A stretch of DNA of 56,106 bases from Dehalococcoidia bacterium (GTDB taxonomy: Bacteria; Chloroflexota; Dehalococcoidia; Lucifugimonadales; CAJWER01): the NCBI GenBank assembly GCA_963666125.1, contig OY762633.1:1-56106 (forward strand). The letters are read 5' to 3'. The notes under the pieces are model-generated. The model did no database searches, had not been told where the DNA came from, and worked only from the letters and a program-made list of their open reading frames with translations. This document shows positions 16,913-27,167 of this stretch, piece after piece (position 1 is the first letter of the stretch; the number at the start of each line of letters is the position of its first letter). Position numbers and translations under genes: made by a program.

Positions 16913-18229
16913 ATGATGACACCAACTCTGGCGGGATACGAAAGTTACAGGGACGATTTTCGGGGGCTGGACGGCGAGGGCCAGCCCGGGTGGCTGCGCG
17001 AGCTGCGGAATGCCGCGTGGGAGCGCTTCGCCGAGGTTGGATTTCCGACTCAGACGCGGGGCAACGAGAGGTGGAAGTACACCAACGTGGGGCCGCTTGC
17101 CCGCTCGACGTTCGCGTACTCGCAGGACGCCGACCCCGGGAGCGTCTCGCTCGACCGGGTGAAGGCACTCGCGCCATGGGACGACGGGTGGACGACGCTG
17201 GTGTTCGTGGACGGGGTGTACGCGCCGACGCTCTCCCGCGGCGAGGGGGCGACGGCGCGCAGCATTGCCGGCACGGTGGCCTCGGACGGGGCGGTGATCG
17301 GCGAGCACCTGGGGCGGTACGCGTCGCTCCAGGACGGGTTCATCGCCGTCAACACGGCGTTCGCGCACGACGGGGCGGTGGTGCACGCGCCGGACGACAC
17401 GGAGGCCGACAGGCCCGTGCACCTGGTGTTCGCGTCGAGCGGCGCGTCCCCGGACAGGGTGTCGCACCCGCGCGTCCTGGTCCTGGCGGGGCGGAACAGC
17501 CGGCTGACGCTGGTCGACAGCTACGTTGGGCCGCCGGACGGGCGCTACTTCACCAACGCGGTGGTGGAGATCGCGGCGTCGGAGGGTGCGGAGGTCGAGC
17601 ACTACCGCTACATCGGCGAGAGTCCCAGGGCCTTCCACGTCGGGGCGACGCGGACGAGGCTGGACGCGGGCGCGTCGTACGCCTGCACGAGCATCGCCAC
17701 GGGGGCACGTATCGCGCGGAACGACCTGAGCGTGCTGATGGACGCCCCGGGCGCGTCGTGCGTGCTGCGAGGGCTCTACTCCACGTCGGGCAGCCAGCAC
17801 ATCGACAACCACATCGACATCGACCACGCCAAGCCTAGCTGCACCAGCGACCAGTACTTCAAGGGCATCCTGGACGGGAGGTCGCGCGCGGTGTTCAGCG
17901 GGCGAGTGCTGGTGAGGAAGGACGCGCAGAAGACGGAGGCGCACCAGTCGGATAAGAACCTGATTCTGTCGGAGGGCGCGAGGATAAACACGAAGCCGAG
18001 CCTGGAGATATACGCCGACGACATCCAGGCGACGCACGGGGCGACGGCGGGGGCGGTGGCCGACGACGCGCTGTTCTACATGCGCAGCCGGGGGATCGAC
18101 GAGGATATGGCCCGGAGGCTGCTCGTGTCGGGGTTCGCGGCGGAGATACTGGACGCGGTCCCGCTCGACGCGCTGAGGGAGCACGCGGCCCTCGTGTTCT
18201 CGGGCCAGACGGCGGAGAGACCAGGGTAG
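16913..18229 (+). CDS. sufD: Fe-S cluster assembly protein SufD
   Basis: ERWKYT, FKGILD, AQKTEAHQ, KPSLEIYADD, HGATAG, FYMRSRG. Confidence 0.93.
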   Translation: MMTPTLAGYESYRDDFRGLDGEGQPGWLRELRNAAWERFAEVGFPTQTRGNERWKYTNVGPLARSTFAYSQDADPGSVSLDRVKALAPWDDGWTTLVFVDGVYAPTLSRGEGATARSIAGTVASDGAVIGEHLGRYASLQDGFIAVNTAFAHDGAVVHAPDDTEADRPVHLVFASSGASPDRVSHPRVLVLAGRNSRLTLVDSYVGPPDGRYFTNAVVEIAASEGAEVEHYRYIGESPRAFHVGATRTRLDAGASYACTSIATGARIARNDLSVLMDAPGASCVLRGLYSTSGSQHIDNHIDIDHAKPSCTSDQYFKGILDGRSRAVFSGRVLVRKDAQKTEAHQSDKNLILSEGARINTKPSLEIYADDIQATHGATAGAVADDALFYMRSRGIDEDMARRLLVSGFAAEILDAVPLDALREHAALVFSGQTAERPG

Positions 18230-18241
18230 GGGATACTGAGC

Positions 18242-18700
18242 ATGATGTCGGACCTCGACGAGCTGTACCAAGAGCTGATAATGGACCACAACCGGAGGCC
18301 CAGGAACTTCCGGCGGGTCGACGATCACGACAGGGAGGCGAACGGCTACAACCCGTTCTGCGGGGACACGGTGACGCTGTACCTGAGGATGGACGGCGGG
18401 GACGTTGCCGAGGTCGGCTTCCAGGGGTCGGGATGCGCTATCTCTAGGGCGTCGGCCTCGATGATGACCGAGGCGGTCGCGGGCAAGAGCGACGAGGACG
18501 CCCGGCGGGTCTTCGACGCCTTCCACGAAATGCTGACTCGCCCGCCGGACAGCGAGGAGGAGCCGCCGGAGGAGCTTGGGGACCTGTCGGTGCTGTCGGG
18601 CGTATCGGAGTTTCCGACGAGGGTGAAGTGCGCCACGCTGGCGTGGCACACGCTGAAGGCGGCTCTCGAAGGCCGTGGCGAGACCGTCAAGACCGAGTAG
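18242..18700 (+). CDS. sufU: SufU/NifU-type Fe-S scaffold or sulfur-transfer protein
   Basis: LYQELIMDH, NPFCGD, GCAIS, RVKCATL. Confidence 0.92.
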   Translation: MMSDLDELYQELIMDHNRRPRNFRRVDDHDREANGYNPFCGDTVTLYLRMDGGDVAEVGFQGSGCAISRASASMMTEAVAGKSDEDARRVFDAFHEMLTRPPDSEEEPPEELGDLSVLSGVSEFPTRVKCATLAWHTLKAALEGRGETVKTE

Positions 18701-18720
18701 GCGGCGCGGGAGGGCGACCC

Positions 18721-19179
18721 ATGCACGTGCCAATGCAGGTCGATTACGGAGTGAGGGCGCTGGTGGAGTTGGCAACCCGCCGGGGGCAGGGCCTCGTGCG
18801 CGCGGCGGACATCGCCGAGCGGCAGGGGATCCCGGAGCCGTATCTGGCCCACGTCCTCCACTCGCTCCAGAGGCACGGGCTCACCGTCGCCCAGCGCGGC
18901 CCCCAGGGAGGGCACGGGCTCGCGGTCGAACCGGCCGCGATCACCATGGGCATGGTGATGCGGTACCTGGACGGGCCGCAGTCGCTCATGAGCTGCCTGG
19001 ACGACGCGGGGTGCTGCGACCGCTCGCCGGGCTGCGGCCAGCGTAACGTCTGGCTCGACGTGGAGGAGGCGATGTGGCGCGTTCTCGACTCGACGACGAT
19101 CGCCGACCTCGTGGAGAGGGGAGCCGTCGCGAGCCGAACGGCAGCACCGAGGAAAGGAGTCGCAATTGGCGTTCGTTAG
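18721..19179 (+). CDS. Rrf2-family transcriptional regulator (IscR-like, Cys-containing)
   Basis: DYGVRALVELA, IAERQGIPEPYL, RGPQGG, CLDDAGCCDRSPGC. Confidence 0.9.
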   Translation: MHVPMQVDYGVRALVELATRRGQGLVRAADIAERQGIPEPYLAHVLHSLQRHGLTVAQRGPQGGHGLAVEPAAITMGMVMRYLDGPQSLMSCLDDAGCCDRSPGCGQRNVWLDVEEAMWRVLDSTTIADLVERGAVASRTAAPRKGVAIGVR

Positions 19180-19456
19180 CGTAGGCAAGGCGTCGGACGT
19201 GCCGGAGGGCTCGGTACAGATCAGGGACGCGGAGGACAGGGAGATCGCGGTGTGCAGGGCCAACGGGGAGCTGTACGCGTTCGAGAACCTGTGCACCCAC
19301 GACGACGGCCCATTGGATCAGGGAGAGCTGGACGGATTCGAGATCGAGTGCCCGCGTCACCTAGCGCGCTTTGACGTCCGCACGGGCGGCGTGAAGAGAG
19401 GCCCCGCGTTCCTGCCGGTCAGGCAGAACGGCGACGAGATCGAAGTGGACCTATGA
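19166..19456 (+). CDS. Rieske [2Fe-2S] ferredoxin
   Basis: CTH and CPRH ligand boxes, FDVRTG. Confidence 0.88.
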   Translation: MAFVSVGKASDVPEGSVQIRDAEDREIAVCRANGELYAFENLCTHDDGPLDQGELDGFEIECPRHLARFDVRTGGVKRGPAFLPVRQNGDEIEVDL

Positions 19457-20706
19457 GCGCCATCACGATGAACAGCATCGACACCGAGAGGATCAGGCAG
19501 GACTTCCCCGTCCTGCACCGCACCGTGTACGGGAAGCCCCTCGTCTACCTGGACAACGCCGCGACATCCCACAAGCCTCGCAGCGTCATCCAGGCCCTGG
19601 TCGACTACTACGAAGGGTACAACTCGAACGTGCACAGGGGCGTGCACGCCCTGAGCATGGAGGCGACGGACCGGTTCGAGGAGGCGCGGGCCAAGGTCGC
19701 GCGCTTCATCAACGCGGAGTCGCCGGACGAGATCATCTGGACGCGCAACGCTACCGAGGCCATCAACCTGGTGGCCCACTCGTGGCCCCGGGGCAACGTC
19801 GGGCCCGGGGACGAGATCGTCGTCACGGAGATGGAGCACCACAGCAACCTGGTGCCGTGGCAGAAGGTGGCCGCGGACACCGGCGCAAGGCTGAGATACC
19901 TGCCGATCGGGGACGACGGGACACTCGACCTGAGCGACGTGGGCTCGATCATCAACGAGCGGACGAGGCTGCTGTCGGTCGTACACAGCTCCAACTCCCT
20001 GGGCGCCATCAACCCCGTCAAGGACCTTGCGGCTAGGGCCAGAGCCGTGGGGGCGACGGTGATGGTGGACGGGGCTCAGAGCGTGCCCCACATGCCGGTG
20101 GACGTGCGCGACATCGACTGCGACTTCCTGGCGCTGTCCGGCCACAAGATGCTGGGGCCGACGGGTATCGGCGCGCTGTACGCGAGGAGGGCGGTGCTGG
20201 AGGGGATGGAGCCGTTCCTGCGGGGCGGTGAGATGGTCCTGGCGGTGACGATGGAGGACGCGACCTGGAACGAGCTGCCGATGAAGTTCGAGGCGGGGAC
20301 ACCGAACATCGCCGACGCTATCGGGCTGGGAGCGGCCATCGACTACCTGGAGTCCATCGGCATGGAGAGGGTCAGGCAGCACGAGGTGGAGCTTACGAGC
20401 TACGCCCTCGAACGGTTCAGGGAGCTGGAGGAGGTGGACGTGTTCGGCCCCCGCGACCTGAGCGCCCGCGGCGGCGTGGTCTCATTCCACTGCTCGGACC
20501 TGCACCCGCACGACTTGGGCACGTTCCTGGACCGGCAGGGCATAGCCGTGCGGACGGGCCACCACTGCACCATGCCCGTGATGACCCGTTTGGGGGTGCC
20601 CGCGACCGTACGCGCCAGCTTCTACGTCTACAACACCGAGGACGAGATCGACCACCTGGTCGATTCGCTGAAGGAGGCGCTGCGCTACTTCGGACATGGG
20701 CCCTAG
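19453..20706 (+). CDS. sufS: Cysteine desulfurase SufS
   Basis: YLDNAAT, MEHHSN, DGAQ, SGHKM, FEAGTP, RTGHHC. Confidence 0.96.
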   Translation: MSAITMNSIDTERIRQDFPVLHRTVYGKPLVYLDNAATSHKPRSVIQALVDYYEGYNSNVHRGVHALSMEATDRFEEARAKVARFINAESPDEIIWTRNATEAINLVAHSWPRGNVGPGDEIVVTEMEHHSNLVPWQKVAADTGARLRYLPIGDDGTLDLSDVGSIINERTRLLSVVHSSNSLGAINPVKDLAARARAVGATVMVDGAQSVPHMPVDVRDIDCDFLALSGHKMLGPTGIGALYARRAVLEGMEPFLRGGEMVLAVTMEDATWNELPMKFEAGTPNIADAIGLGAAIDYLESIGMERVRQHEVELTSYALERFRELEEVDVFGPRDLSARGGVVSFHCSDLHPHDLGTFLDRQGIAVRTGHHCTMPVMTRLGVPATVRASFYVYNTEDEIDHLVDSLKEALRYFGHGP

Positions 20707-21142
20707 CGACCTCGACGAGCTGTACGACGCACGGATACTCGACCACTCGCGGGCCCCGCGTCACGCAGAGAGGGTTGACGCGCCCGACGCCGAGGCGAGC
20801 GCGGTCAACCCGTTCTGCGGCGACGAGGCCCACGTCCAGCTGGCGCTCGACGGGGGCAGGATCACGCGCATAGGGATCCAGTCGGTGGGGTGCTCGATCA
20901 ACAGGTCATCGGCCTCGATGCTGTCTGAGGCGGTCTCGGGAAGGTCGCGCGGTGAAGCGGGCGAGGTCGAAGGGCGGTTCCGCCGGCTCATGGGGGGCGA
21001 GGCGCTGTCCGCCGAGGAGAGCGACTCTCTCGGCGACCTGGTCGCACTCGACGCGGTGCGGGCCTTTCCTGTGCGGATCAAGTGCGCGCTGCTGGCCTGG
21101 ACGGCCCTGGAGGAGGCCCTGGAGGATGCAGGTGGGCCGTGA
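20696..21142 (+). CDS. Second SufU-like protein
   Basis: LYDARILDH, NPFCGD, GCSIN, RIKCALL. Confidence 0.85.
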   Translation: MGPSDLDELYDARILDHSRAPRHAERVDAPDAEASAVNPFCGDEAHVQLALDGGRITRIGIQSVGCSINRSSASMLSEAVSGRSRGEAGEVEGRFRRLMGGEALSAEESDSLGDLVALDAVRAFPVRIKCALLAWTALEEALEDAGGP

Positions 21143-21783
21143 AGCTGAGTAGCTGGCCGATCCTGGGGGGTCTGCTGGACGGCGCGCCGGAGCCGGGCGC
21201 GAGCCCCAGGGTCGTGATCGGCCTGGGCAATCCCGGCAGGGAGTACTCGTCCACCCGCCACAACGTGGGCCACTGGTGCATCGACCGGCTGGCGGAGGTC
21301 CACGCCGCCGGGCGCCTCAGGCGCACGCGCCTGTCGGAGGTCGCCGAGGGGACCATCGGGGGACGCCGGGTCGTGCTGGCCAAGCCCCGCACCTACGTCA
21401 ACGAGAGCGGGCGGGCCGTCACGTCGCTGATGACGAAGTACAGGGCTGCGCCCGGCGACCTGCTGGTCGTCTACGACGAGATGGACCTGCCGGTCGGGAG
21501 CATCAGGCTGCGGGCGCGAGGCGGCTCGGGCGGGCATAACGGCATGAAGTCGATCATCGACGCCACCGGGACGCAGGAGTTCGCCCGGCTCAGGATCGGC
21601 GTGGGGCGCCCGGCCCGGAGCGGCGACGAGGTTGGGCACGTGCTCGGCTCCATGCCCCGGGAAGAGAGGGCGAGGGTCGACGAGGCGGTGTCGAGGGCCG
21701 CGGAGGCCATCGAGGCGGCGCTGCGCGATGGTGTGGCGGAGGCGATGAACCGGTTCAACGTCAACCCGCCGTCGCAGGGGTGA
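21139..21783 (+). CDS. pth: Peptidyl-tRNA hydrolase
   Basis: GLGNPG, TRHNVG, KPRTYVNESG, YDEMDL, GGHNG, RLRIGVG. Confidence 0.95.
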   Translation: MKLSSWPILGGLLDGAPEPGASPRVVIGLGNPGREYSSTRHNVGHWCIDRLAEVHAAGRLRRTRLSEVAEGTIGGRRVVLAKPRTYVNESGRAVTSLMTKYRAAPGDLLVVYDEMDLPVGSIRLRARGGSGGHNGMKSIIDATGTQEFARLRIGVGRPARSGDEVGHVLGSMPREERARVDEAVSRAAEAIEAALRDGVAEAMNRFNVNPPSQG

Positions 21784-21791
21784 GGCCACCC

Positions 21792-21819
21792 GTAGGGGCG
21801 ATTCGCGAATCGTCCCTAC
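21792..21819. repeat. GTAG-type REP-like palindrome between convergent genes (possible bidirectional terminator)
   Basis: GTAGGGGCGATTCGCGAATCGTCCCTAC; supplies the TAG stop of the Kelch gene. Confidence 0.7.
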
Positions 21820-24065
21820 GGCGGCGTGTAGATTTCCGAGGTGGCGAGGATCGCGGAATTGCGGCCCTCGCCACCGGTGATCAGGACGGTGCCGTCGCCT
21901 AGGAGAGTCGCGGTGTGGCCCCTCCGGTCGGCGGCGAGCTTGCCCGCGGCGGACCAGTTCAGAGCCTCCGGGTCGAACAGCAGGGTGGTGGCGGTGCGCC
22001 CGCCCACGAGGAGGGCGCGGCCCGAGGGCAGCAGCGTCGCCGTGGGCCCGATCCGCTTGCGCCTCAACCCCTGGGCCATCGACCACGCGCCGGATGCCGG
22101 GTCGTAGACCTCTACGGTGTTCAGCCCTCCCTGGGGGCCGAAGCCCCCGGCGACCAGCACCCGCCCATCGGCAAGGACGGCAGTCGCGGCCTGGGTGACG
22201 CGGGTGGACAGGCTGCCGGTGTCCATCCATGCCCCGGCGGCGGGGTCGTATATCTCCGCCGAGCCGCTGGCGCCTCCCATCACGAGTACCTGGCCGCCCT
22301 GGAGGGAGAACGCCACCGGGAAGGCCCGCTCGTTGGACATTGGCGGCGCGGCTTCCCAGGTGTCGGACGCGGGGTCGTATATCTCGGCTGACGCGAGTGG
22401 GCCTTCACCCACGTCGCCTCCCGCCACGATGACCCGGCCGTCGGGCAGGAGCACGCCCGAGTGCCGCTGCCGGGGGGAGGTCATATCGGACGCCGGGCTC
22501 CAAGTTCCCGCGGCGGGGTCGTATATCTCGGTCGACGCGAGCACCTCGATGCCGCGCTTCCCGTCATCGCCGGGGTTGCCCAGGAACTGGCCGCCGGACA
22601 CGAGCACGCGGCCGTCGGCCAGGCGTACGGCGAAGTGGTCGCCCCTGGGGTGGGACAGTGCGCCCGCCGCGCTCCAGCGTCCGCCCGCGTAGACCTCGGC
22701 GGAGTCGAGGAAGAGCGTCTCGCCGGCGCGGGCGTCCTCGCCCTCCTCGACTACCTTGGTGCGGCCCCCGGCGACGAGCACCCGGCCGTCGTCCAGTAGG
22801 GTGGCCGAGTGGGTCGTGCGGCTCTGCCGTAGGTCGGCGGCCCTGGCCCACGATCCGGAGGAGCCCTCGGCGAGCCATCTGCCCCGGGCGGGGTCGTACA
22901 TCTCGACCCACCTGAGGACGCCGTCGTGTCCGCCCCCGCCGGCGATCATCACCCGCCCGTCGGCGAGGTTGGTGGCGGAGTGTAGCTGCCGCTCCAGGTC
23001 CAGGTCGCCGGCGGGCGAGAACAGGCCGGTCGCGGGGTCGAATATCTCCGCCGTCTCGCTGGGGAAGTCGTCGGAGTCCGCCCCGCCGACGATGATGACC
23101 CTGCCGTCGGGCAGCAGAGACGCCGAGTGGTTCCTGCGTGCCGTCTCCATCTGGCCGGCGGTCGTCCACGAGCCGGAGACCGAGTCGTATATCTCGGCGG
23201 CGCTCACCAGCTTGTGCCCGCCTGTGACAAGCACCCGGCCGTCTGCGAGCAGCGTGGCCTCGTGGAACGCGCGCCCGGTCTCCAGGTCTCCGGCGCTCGA
23301 CCACTCGCCTGAGGCGGGGTCGTAGATCTCGGCGGTGTCAAGCTCAGGGTCGCCGGTGAGCATGTCCCCGCCGACGATGATGATCCTGCCGTCGTTCAGT
23401 ACGGTGGCCGTGTGGAACGCGTGAGCCCTGGAAGTGGAGCCCGTAGGCGTCCACGTATCGCTGCCGGGGTCGTATATCTCCGCCGTCTTGACCGCCGAGG
23501 CCGCGATGCCGCCCACTACGAGGACGCGCCCGTCGCCCAGCCGTGTGGCCGTGTGGCCGCCCCTTAGCGACAGGAGGTCCGGCCCGTCCGTCCAGGAGCC
23601 GGATGCGGGGTCGAATATCTCCACCCGCTTCATGCGCCCCGCGCTGTCCTCGCCGCCGGCGACCAGCACCCGCCCGTCCTGGAGCAGGGTGGTGGTGTGG
23701 AGGGTCCTGGCGTGGCGCATGGCCCGTATGGGCGACCAGGTGTCGGCGGCTGGGTCGTATATCTCGCCGTGGGGCGACGCGCCGAACTCGTCGGAACCGC
23801 CCAGTACCAGCAGCCTCCCGTCCGGTAGTGTAGTAGCCGTGTGCCCTTGGCGGCTCGACTTCATGTGCCTGGCGGACGTCTCCACCTCGGCAGTGGGGGC
23901 GGGAGATGCCTGTTGGGCGGCGGCCGGCGCGAGAGTCTCTTCAACCGCCGTCTCCTCAGAGGCGCAGGCCAGGAGCGCTACGGCTGCCAGAAGGGCGACC
24001 AGCAGCGCCAATGCCTGGCCAAGCCGCGTTCTCGAAGTCGACGACACTCTGCCCTGGTCCGACAA
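21816..24065 (-). CDS. Kelch-repeat lipoprotein, 14 repeats (two beta-propellers)
   Basis: Hydrophobic signal ending LLAC; 14 R..HtatlL.DGrvlv.GG...EIYDP...W units. Confidence 0.85.
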   Translation of the reverse strand: MSDQGRVSSTSRTRLGQALALLVALLAAVALLACASEETAVEETLAPAAAQQASPAPTAEVETSARHMKSSRQGHTATTLPDGRLLVLGGSDEFGASPHGEIYDPAADTWSPIRAMRHARTLHTTTLLQDGRVLVAGGEDSAGRMKRVEIFDPASGSWTDGPDLLSLRGGHTATRLGDGRVLVVGGIAASAVKTAEIYDPGSDTWTPTGSTSRAHAFHTATVLNDGRIIIVGGDMLTGDPELDTAEIYDPASGEWSSAGDLETGRAFHEATLLADGRVLVTGGHKLVSAAEIYDSVSGSWTTAGQMETARRNHSASLLPDGRVIIVGGADSDDFPSETAEIFDPATGLFSPAGDLDLERQLHSATNLADGRVMIAGGGGHDGVLRWVEMYDPARGRWLAEGSSGSWARAADLRQSRTTHSATLLDDGRVLVAGGRTKVVEEGEDARAGETLFLDSAEVYAGGRWSAAGALSHPRGDHFAVRLADGRVLVSGGQFLGNPGDDGKRGIEVLASTEIYDPAAGTWSPASDMTSPRQRHSGVLLPDGRVIVAGGDVGEGPLASAEIYDPASDTWEAAPPMSNERAFPVAFSLQGGQVLVMGGASGSAEIYDPAAGAWMDTGSLSTRVTQAATAVLADGRVLVAGGFGPQGGLNTVEVYDPASGAWSMAQGLRRKRIGPTATLLPSGRALLVGGRTATTLLFDPEALNWSAAGKLAADRRGHTATLLGDGTVLITGGEGRNSAILATSEIYTPP

Positions 24066-24068
24066 CGG

Positions 24069-25223
24069 CTACTGGGTGCTGGACGCCCAGGTGCCGGAGA
24101 TGGGGTTGAACAACTCCACGATCGAGACTCCGCCGCCGACTATGAGCACCCTGCCGTCCTTGAGCAGGGTCGCCGTGTGGACGGCCCGCCTGGCCGCCAT
24201 CGTTCCGGCCAGTGTCCACAGCCCGGTCGAGGGGTCGTACACCTCGGTGGTGGCCATATTGCCGTCCTCGTTCGAGCCGCCCACGACCAGGACGCGGCCG
24301 TCGGGCAGCACCGTGGCCGTGTGGAGGGAGCGGCCGTCGTTCATGTCTGCATCCATCTTCGACCAGGTGTCCTGGTTGGGATCGTACATCTCCACGGAAT
24401 AGGGGCCCGCCCCGGCGCCAAATCCGCCGATGAGGAGGACCGTGCCGTCGTTCAGCAGGATGGATGAATGGGAGAAGGTGCGGCGCCTCAGCCTTCCGGT
24501 GTAGGTCCACTCCTCGGTGTCGGGGTGGTAGACCTCGGCGCGCGCCAGCGCCGAGCCCTGCTTCAGGCCCCCGACGACCATGACCCTGCCGTCGGGCAGC
24601 ATAAGGGCCGCGTGGTCGCTGTGGGGCTCCAGCATGTTGTTGGTGAGCCAGCCGCTGTCGTCGGTCGGGTCGTATATCTCGGCCAGGGCCAGCGGGCCTG
24701 ACTGACCGACGCCGCCCATGATCAGGATCCGTCCGTCGTTCAGCTCGATGGAGGTGTGCCCGCGCCGGCGCGCCGCCATGCTCAGGTAGGGGGACCAGAG
24801 CTCTGTCTCGGGGTCCCAGACCTCGGCGGACGCCATGGGCTTGAGCTCCGGGCCGAGGCCGCCCGTCACCAGTACCCTGCCGTCCCCGAGGAGGGTCGCG
24901 GCGTGGAAGGCGCGGGGGCTGGACATCCTTGCGCCGGCGCTCCACACGCCGGTCTTCGGGTCGAATATCTCGACGGTGTCCATGGGCCAGACGTTCCCGT
25001 CGAAGCCGCCCGTCACCAGGACCCGGCCGTCCTCCAGCAGCGTCGCGGTGTGGGCGTCGCGGGCCTGGAGGGACGGCCTGATCTCGGTCTGGTCCGGGGG
25101 CATCCCGCTGTCCGCGCCGTCGCCGGACGAGCCGATCAGGCCGCACGCCGCGACGACCGCCGCCAGGGCGGCCAACGCGACCGCCAGCGCCGCCTTCCGG
25201 AATATTGTGCCAGCCTCTGCCAT
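24069..25223 (-). CDS. Kelch-repeat lipoprotein, 7 repeats
   Basis: Signal ending VAAC; 7 Kelch units; ATG 25223 is the likely start. Confidence 0.85.
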   Translation of the reverse strand: MAEAGTIFRKAALAVALAALAAVVAACGLIGSSGDGADSGMPPDQTEIRPSLQARDAHTATLLEDGRVLVTGGFDGNVWPMDTVEIFDPKTGVWSAGARMSSPRAFHAATLLGDGRVLVTGGLGPELKPMASAEVWDPETELWSPYLSMAARRRGHTSIELNDGRILIMGGVGQSGPLALAEIYDPTDDSGWLTNNMLEPHSDHAALMLPDGRVMVVGGLKQGSALARAEVYHPDTEEWTYTGRLRRRTFSHSSILLNDGTVLLIGGFGAGAGPYSVEMYDPNQDTWSKMDADMNDGRSLHTATVLPDGRVLVVGGSNEDGNMATTEVYDPSTGLWTLAGTMAARRAVHTATLLKDGRVLIVGGGVSIVELFNPISGTWASSTQ

Positions 25224-25355
25224 GGAATAGCCCTGCAACACGTAGGGGATGGCCTCGTGCCAGCCCGGTGACCGCCCCCGCATGATCATGTCCCAGCCTA
25301 CCCGATTCCCAGCCCGTCCACAAGGACGGCGCTGCCTCTGCTAGAATTAGCAGCC

Positions 25356-25643
25356 ATGAGAATTACGACCGAAGAGGTGCGGCACATAGCCACCCTGGCG
25401 CGGGTGGGGATGACCGACGACGAAGTCGAGCGGATGCGCGACCAGATGTCGAACATCCTGGAGCAGTTCGACGTGCTCAGCCAGGTCGACACGGGCGGCG
25501 TGGAGTCGACCGGCTCGCTGCCGGGTCGCCAGACCGTCATGCGGGACGACAGGGTGGAGCCTTCGGCGGACAGGGAGGACGTGCTGTCGAACGCCCCGCG
25601 CCGCGAGGGCGACCTCATCCGGGTCAGGGCCGTCCTTGAGTAG
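25356..25643 (+). CDS. gatC: Asp/Glu-tRNA amidotransferase subunit C
   Basis: [21 protein letters not shown]; directly upstream of gatA. Confidence 0.93.
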   Translation: MRITTEEVRHIATLARVGMTDDEVERMRDQMSNILEQFDVLSQVDTGGVESTGSLPGRQTVMRDDRVEPSADREDVLSNAPRREGDLIRVRAVLE

Positions 25644-27111
25644 CGCGACTCCCGGCGCCGAGCTTGCCCGCCTCACGATCCACGAGGCGGCGGGGCTACT
25701 CGCGGAAGGCCGCGCGTCGTCGGTGGAGATCACCCAGGCCGTGCTCGACCGCATCGAAGCGGTGGACGACCGGACCGGCGCGTTCGTGACGGTCACGGGC
25801 GACCTAGCGCTGGAGCAGGCCCGGGCGGCGGACGAGCGCATAGCCTCGGGTGACGCGCGCCCACTGACCGGCGTGCCCATGCTGCTGAAGGACAACATGT
25901 GCACGCGGGGCGTGCGTACGACCTGCTCGTCGCGGATGCTGGAGGACTTCGTGCCCGCCTACGACGCGACCGTCGCCGCTCGCCTCTACGACGAGGGCGC
26001 GGTGCTCGTGGGGAAGGGGAACCTGGACGAGTTCGCGATGGGGTCGTCCACCGAGAACTCGGCCTTCTTCCCGACGCGCAACCCCTGGGACCTGGACCGG
26101 GTGCCGGGCGGGAGCAGCGGCGGCCCGGCGGCGGCGGTGGCGGCGGACGAGTGCGTCTACTCCCTGGGCTCGGACACGGGCGGCAGCATCCGGCAGCCTG
26201 CCGCGCTGTGCGGCGTGGTCGGCCTCAAACCGACGTACGGCCTCGTGAGCCGGTACGGGCTCATCGCCTTCGCCAGCTCGCTGGACCAGATAGGGCCCAT
26301 CACCAAGGACGTGAGGGACGCGGCCATCGTGCTGAACGCCATAGCCGGCCACGACCCGCGCGACTCCACGTCCATCGCCGCGGAGACGCCCGACTATACG
26401 AGCGCCCTGGACGGCGACGTGAAGGGGCTGCGCGTGGGGGTGCCCAGCGAGTATTTCGTGGAGGGCATGGAGCCGGGCGTCGAGCGGGCCGTCCGCGACG
26501 CCGTCAGGGTGTTCGAGGACCTGGGGGCCGTCGTCGAGGAGGTGTCGCTGCCCCACACGCCGTACGCGCTGGCGGTCTACTACATCATCGCACCGTCCGA
26601 GGCGTCTGCCAACCTCGCGCGCTACGATGGGGTGAAGTACGGCTTCTCGCCCCAGGAAGCCGAGAGCATGTGGGACGCGCTGGAGAAGACCCGGCAGCAC
26701 GGCTTCGGGCCGGAGGTGAAGCGACGGATCATGCTCGGCACCTACGCGCTATCGGCGGGGTACTACGACGCCTACTACCTGAAGGCGCAGCAGGTGCGGA
26801 CGCTGATACGGCGTGAGCTGGACGAGGCGTTCCAGGGGCTGGACGTGATCGCCGCGCCCACGTCGCCGTCCGTGGCCTTCAGGCAAGGCGAGAAGATGGA
26901 CGACCCGGTGCAGATGTACCTGAACGACGTGTTCACCCAGCCGGCGAACATCGCGGGAATCCCGGCCATATCGGTGCCGGGCGGGATGTCCGAGGGCCTG
27001 CCCGTGGGCCTGCAGCTAATGGGGCCATACTTGGGGGAGGCGACCCTGCTGCGAGCGGCCCACGCCTACGAGCAGGCCACCAACTGGCACAAGCTGCGGC
27101 CGGGGCTATAG
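25636..27111 (+). CDS. gatA: Asp/Glu-tRNA amidotransferase subunit A
   Basis: [42 protein letters not shown]. Confidence 0.97.
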   Translation: MSSATPGAELARLTIHEAAGLLAEGRASSVEITQAVLDRIEAVDDRTGAFVTVTGDLALEQARAADERIASGDARPLTGVPMLLKDNMCTRGVRTTCSSRMLEDFVPAYDATVAARLYDEGAVLVGKGNLDEFAMGSSTENSAFFPTRNPWDLDRVPGGSSGGPAAAVAADECVYSLGSDTGGSIRQPAALCGVVGLKPTYGLVSRYGLIAFASSLDQIGPITKDVRDAAIVLNAIAGHDPRDSTSIAAETPDYTSALDGDVKGLRVGVPSEYFVEGMEPGVERAVRDAVRVFEDLGAVVEEVSLPHTPYALAVYYIIAPSEASANLARYDGVKYGFSPQEAESMWDALEKTRQHGFGPEVKRRIMLGTYALSAGYYDAYYLKAQQVRTLIRRELDEAFQGLDVIAAPTSPSVAFRQGEKMDDPVQMYLNDVFTQPANIAGIPAISVPGGMSEGLPVGLQLMGPYLGEATLLRAAHAYEQATNWHKLRPGL

Positions 27112-27167
27112 GGTTCGGACCCACTCCTTTCAAGTAGGGAAGCAGTACAGGCATACAGGCTGTATCC

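Noticed and set aside
24060..24075. The two Kelch genes are in frame, separated by one TAG and one codon, suggesting readthrough or a split gene
   Set aside because: The downstream gene has its own signal peptide and lipobox, so two genes is the simpler reading
21816..25223. Periodic DNA repeats (GGGTCGTATATCTC) resembling a CRISPR array
   Set aside because: They encode the EIYDP motif of Kelch blades, are degenerate at codon third positions, and no cas genes are present
25356..27111. gatB missing after gatCA
   Set aside because: gatB is often encoded elsewhere; loss cannot be inferred from one window
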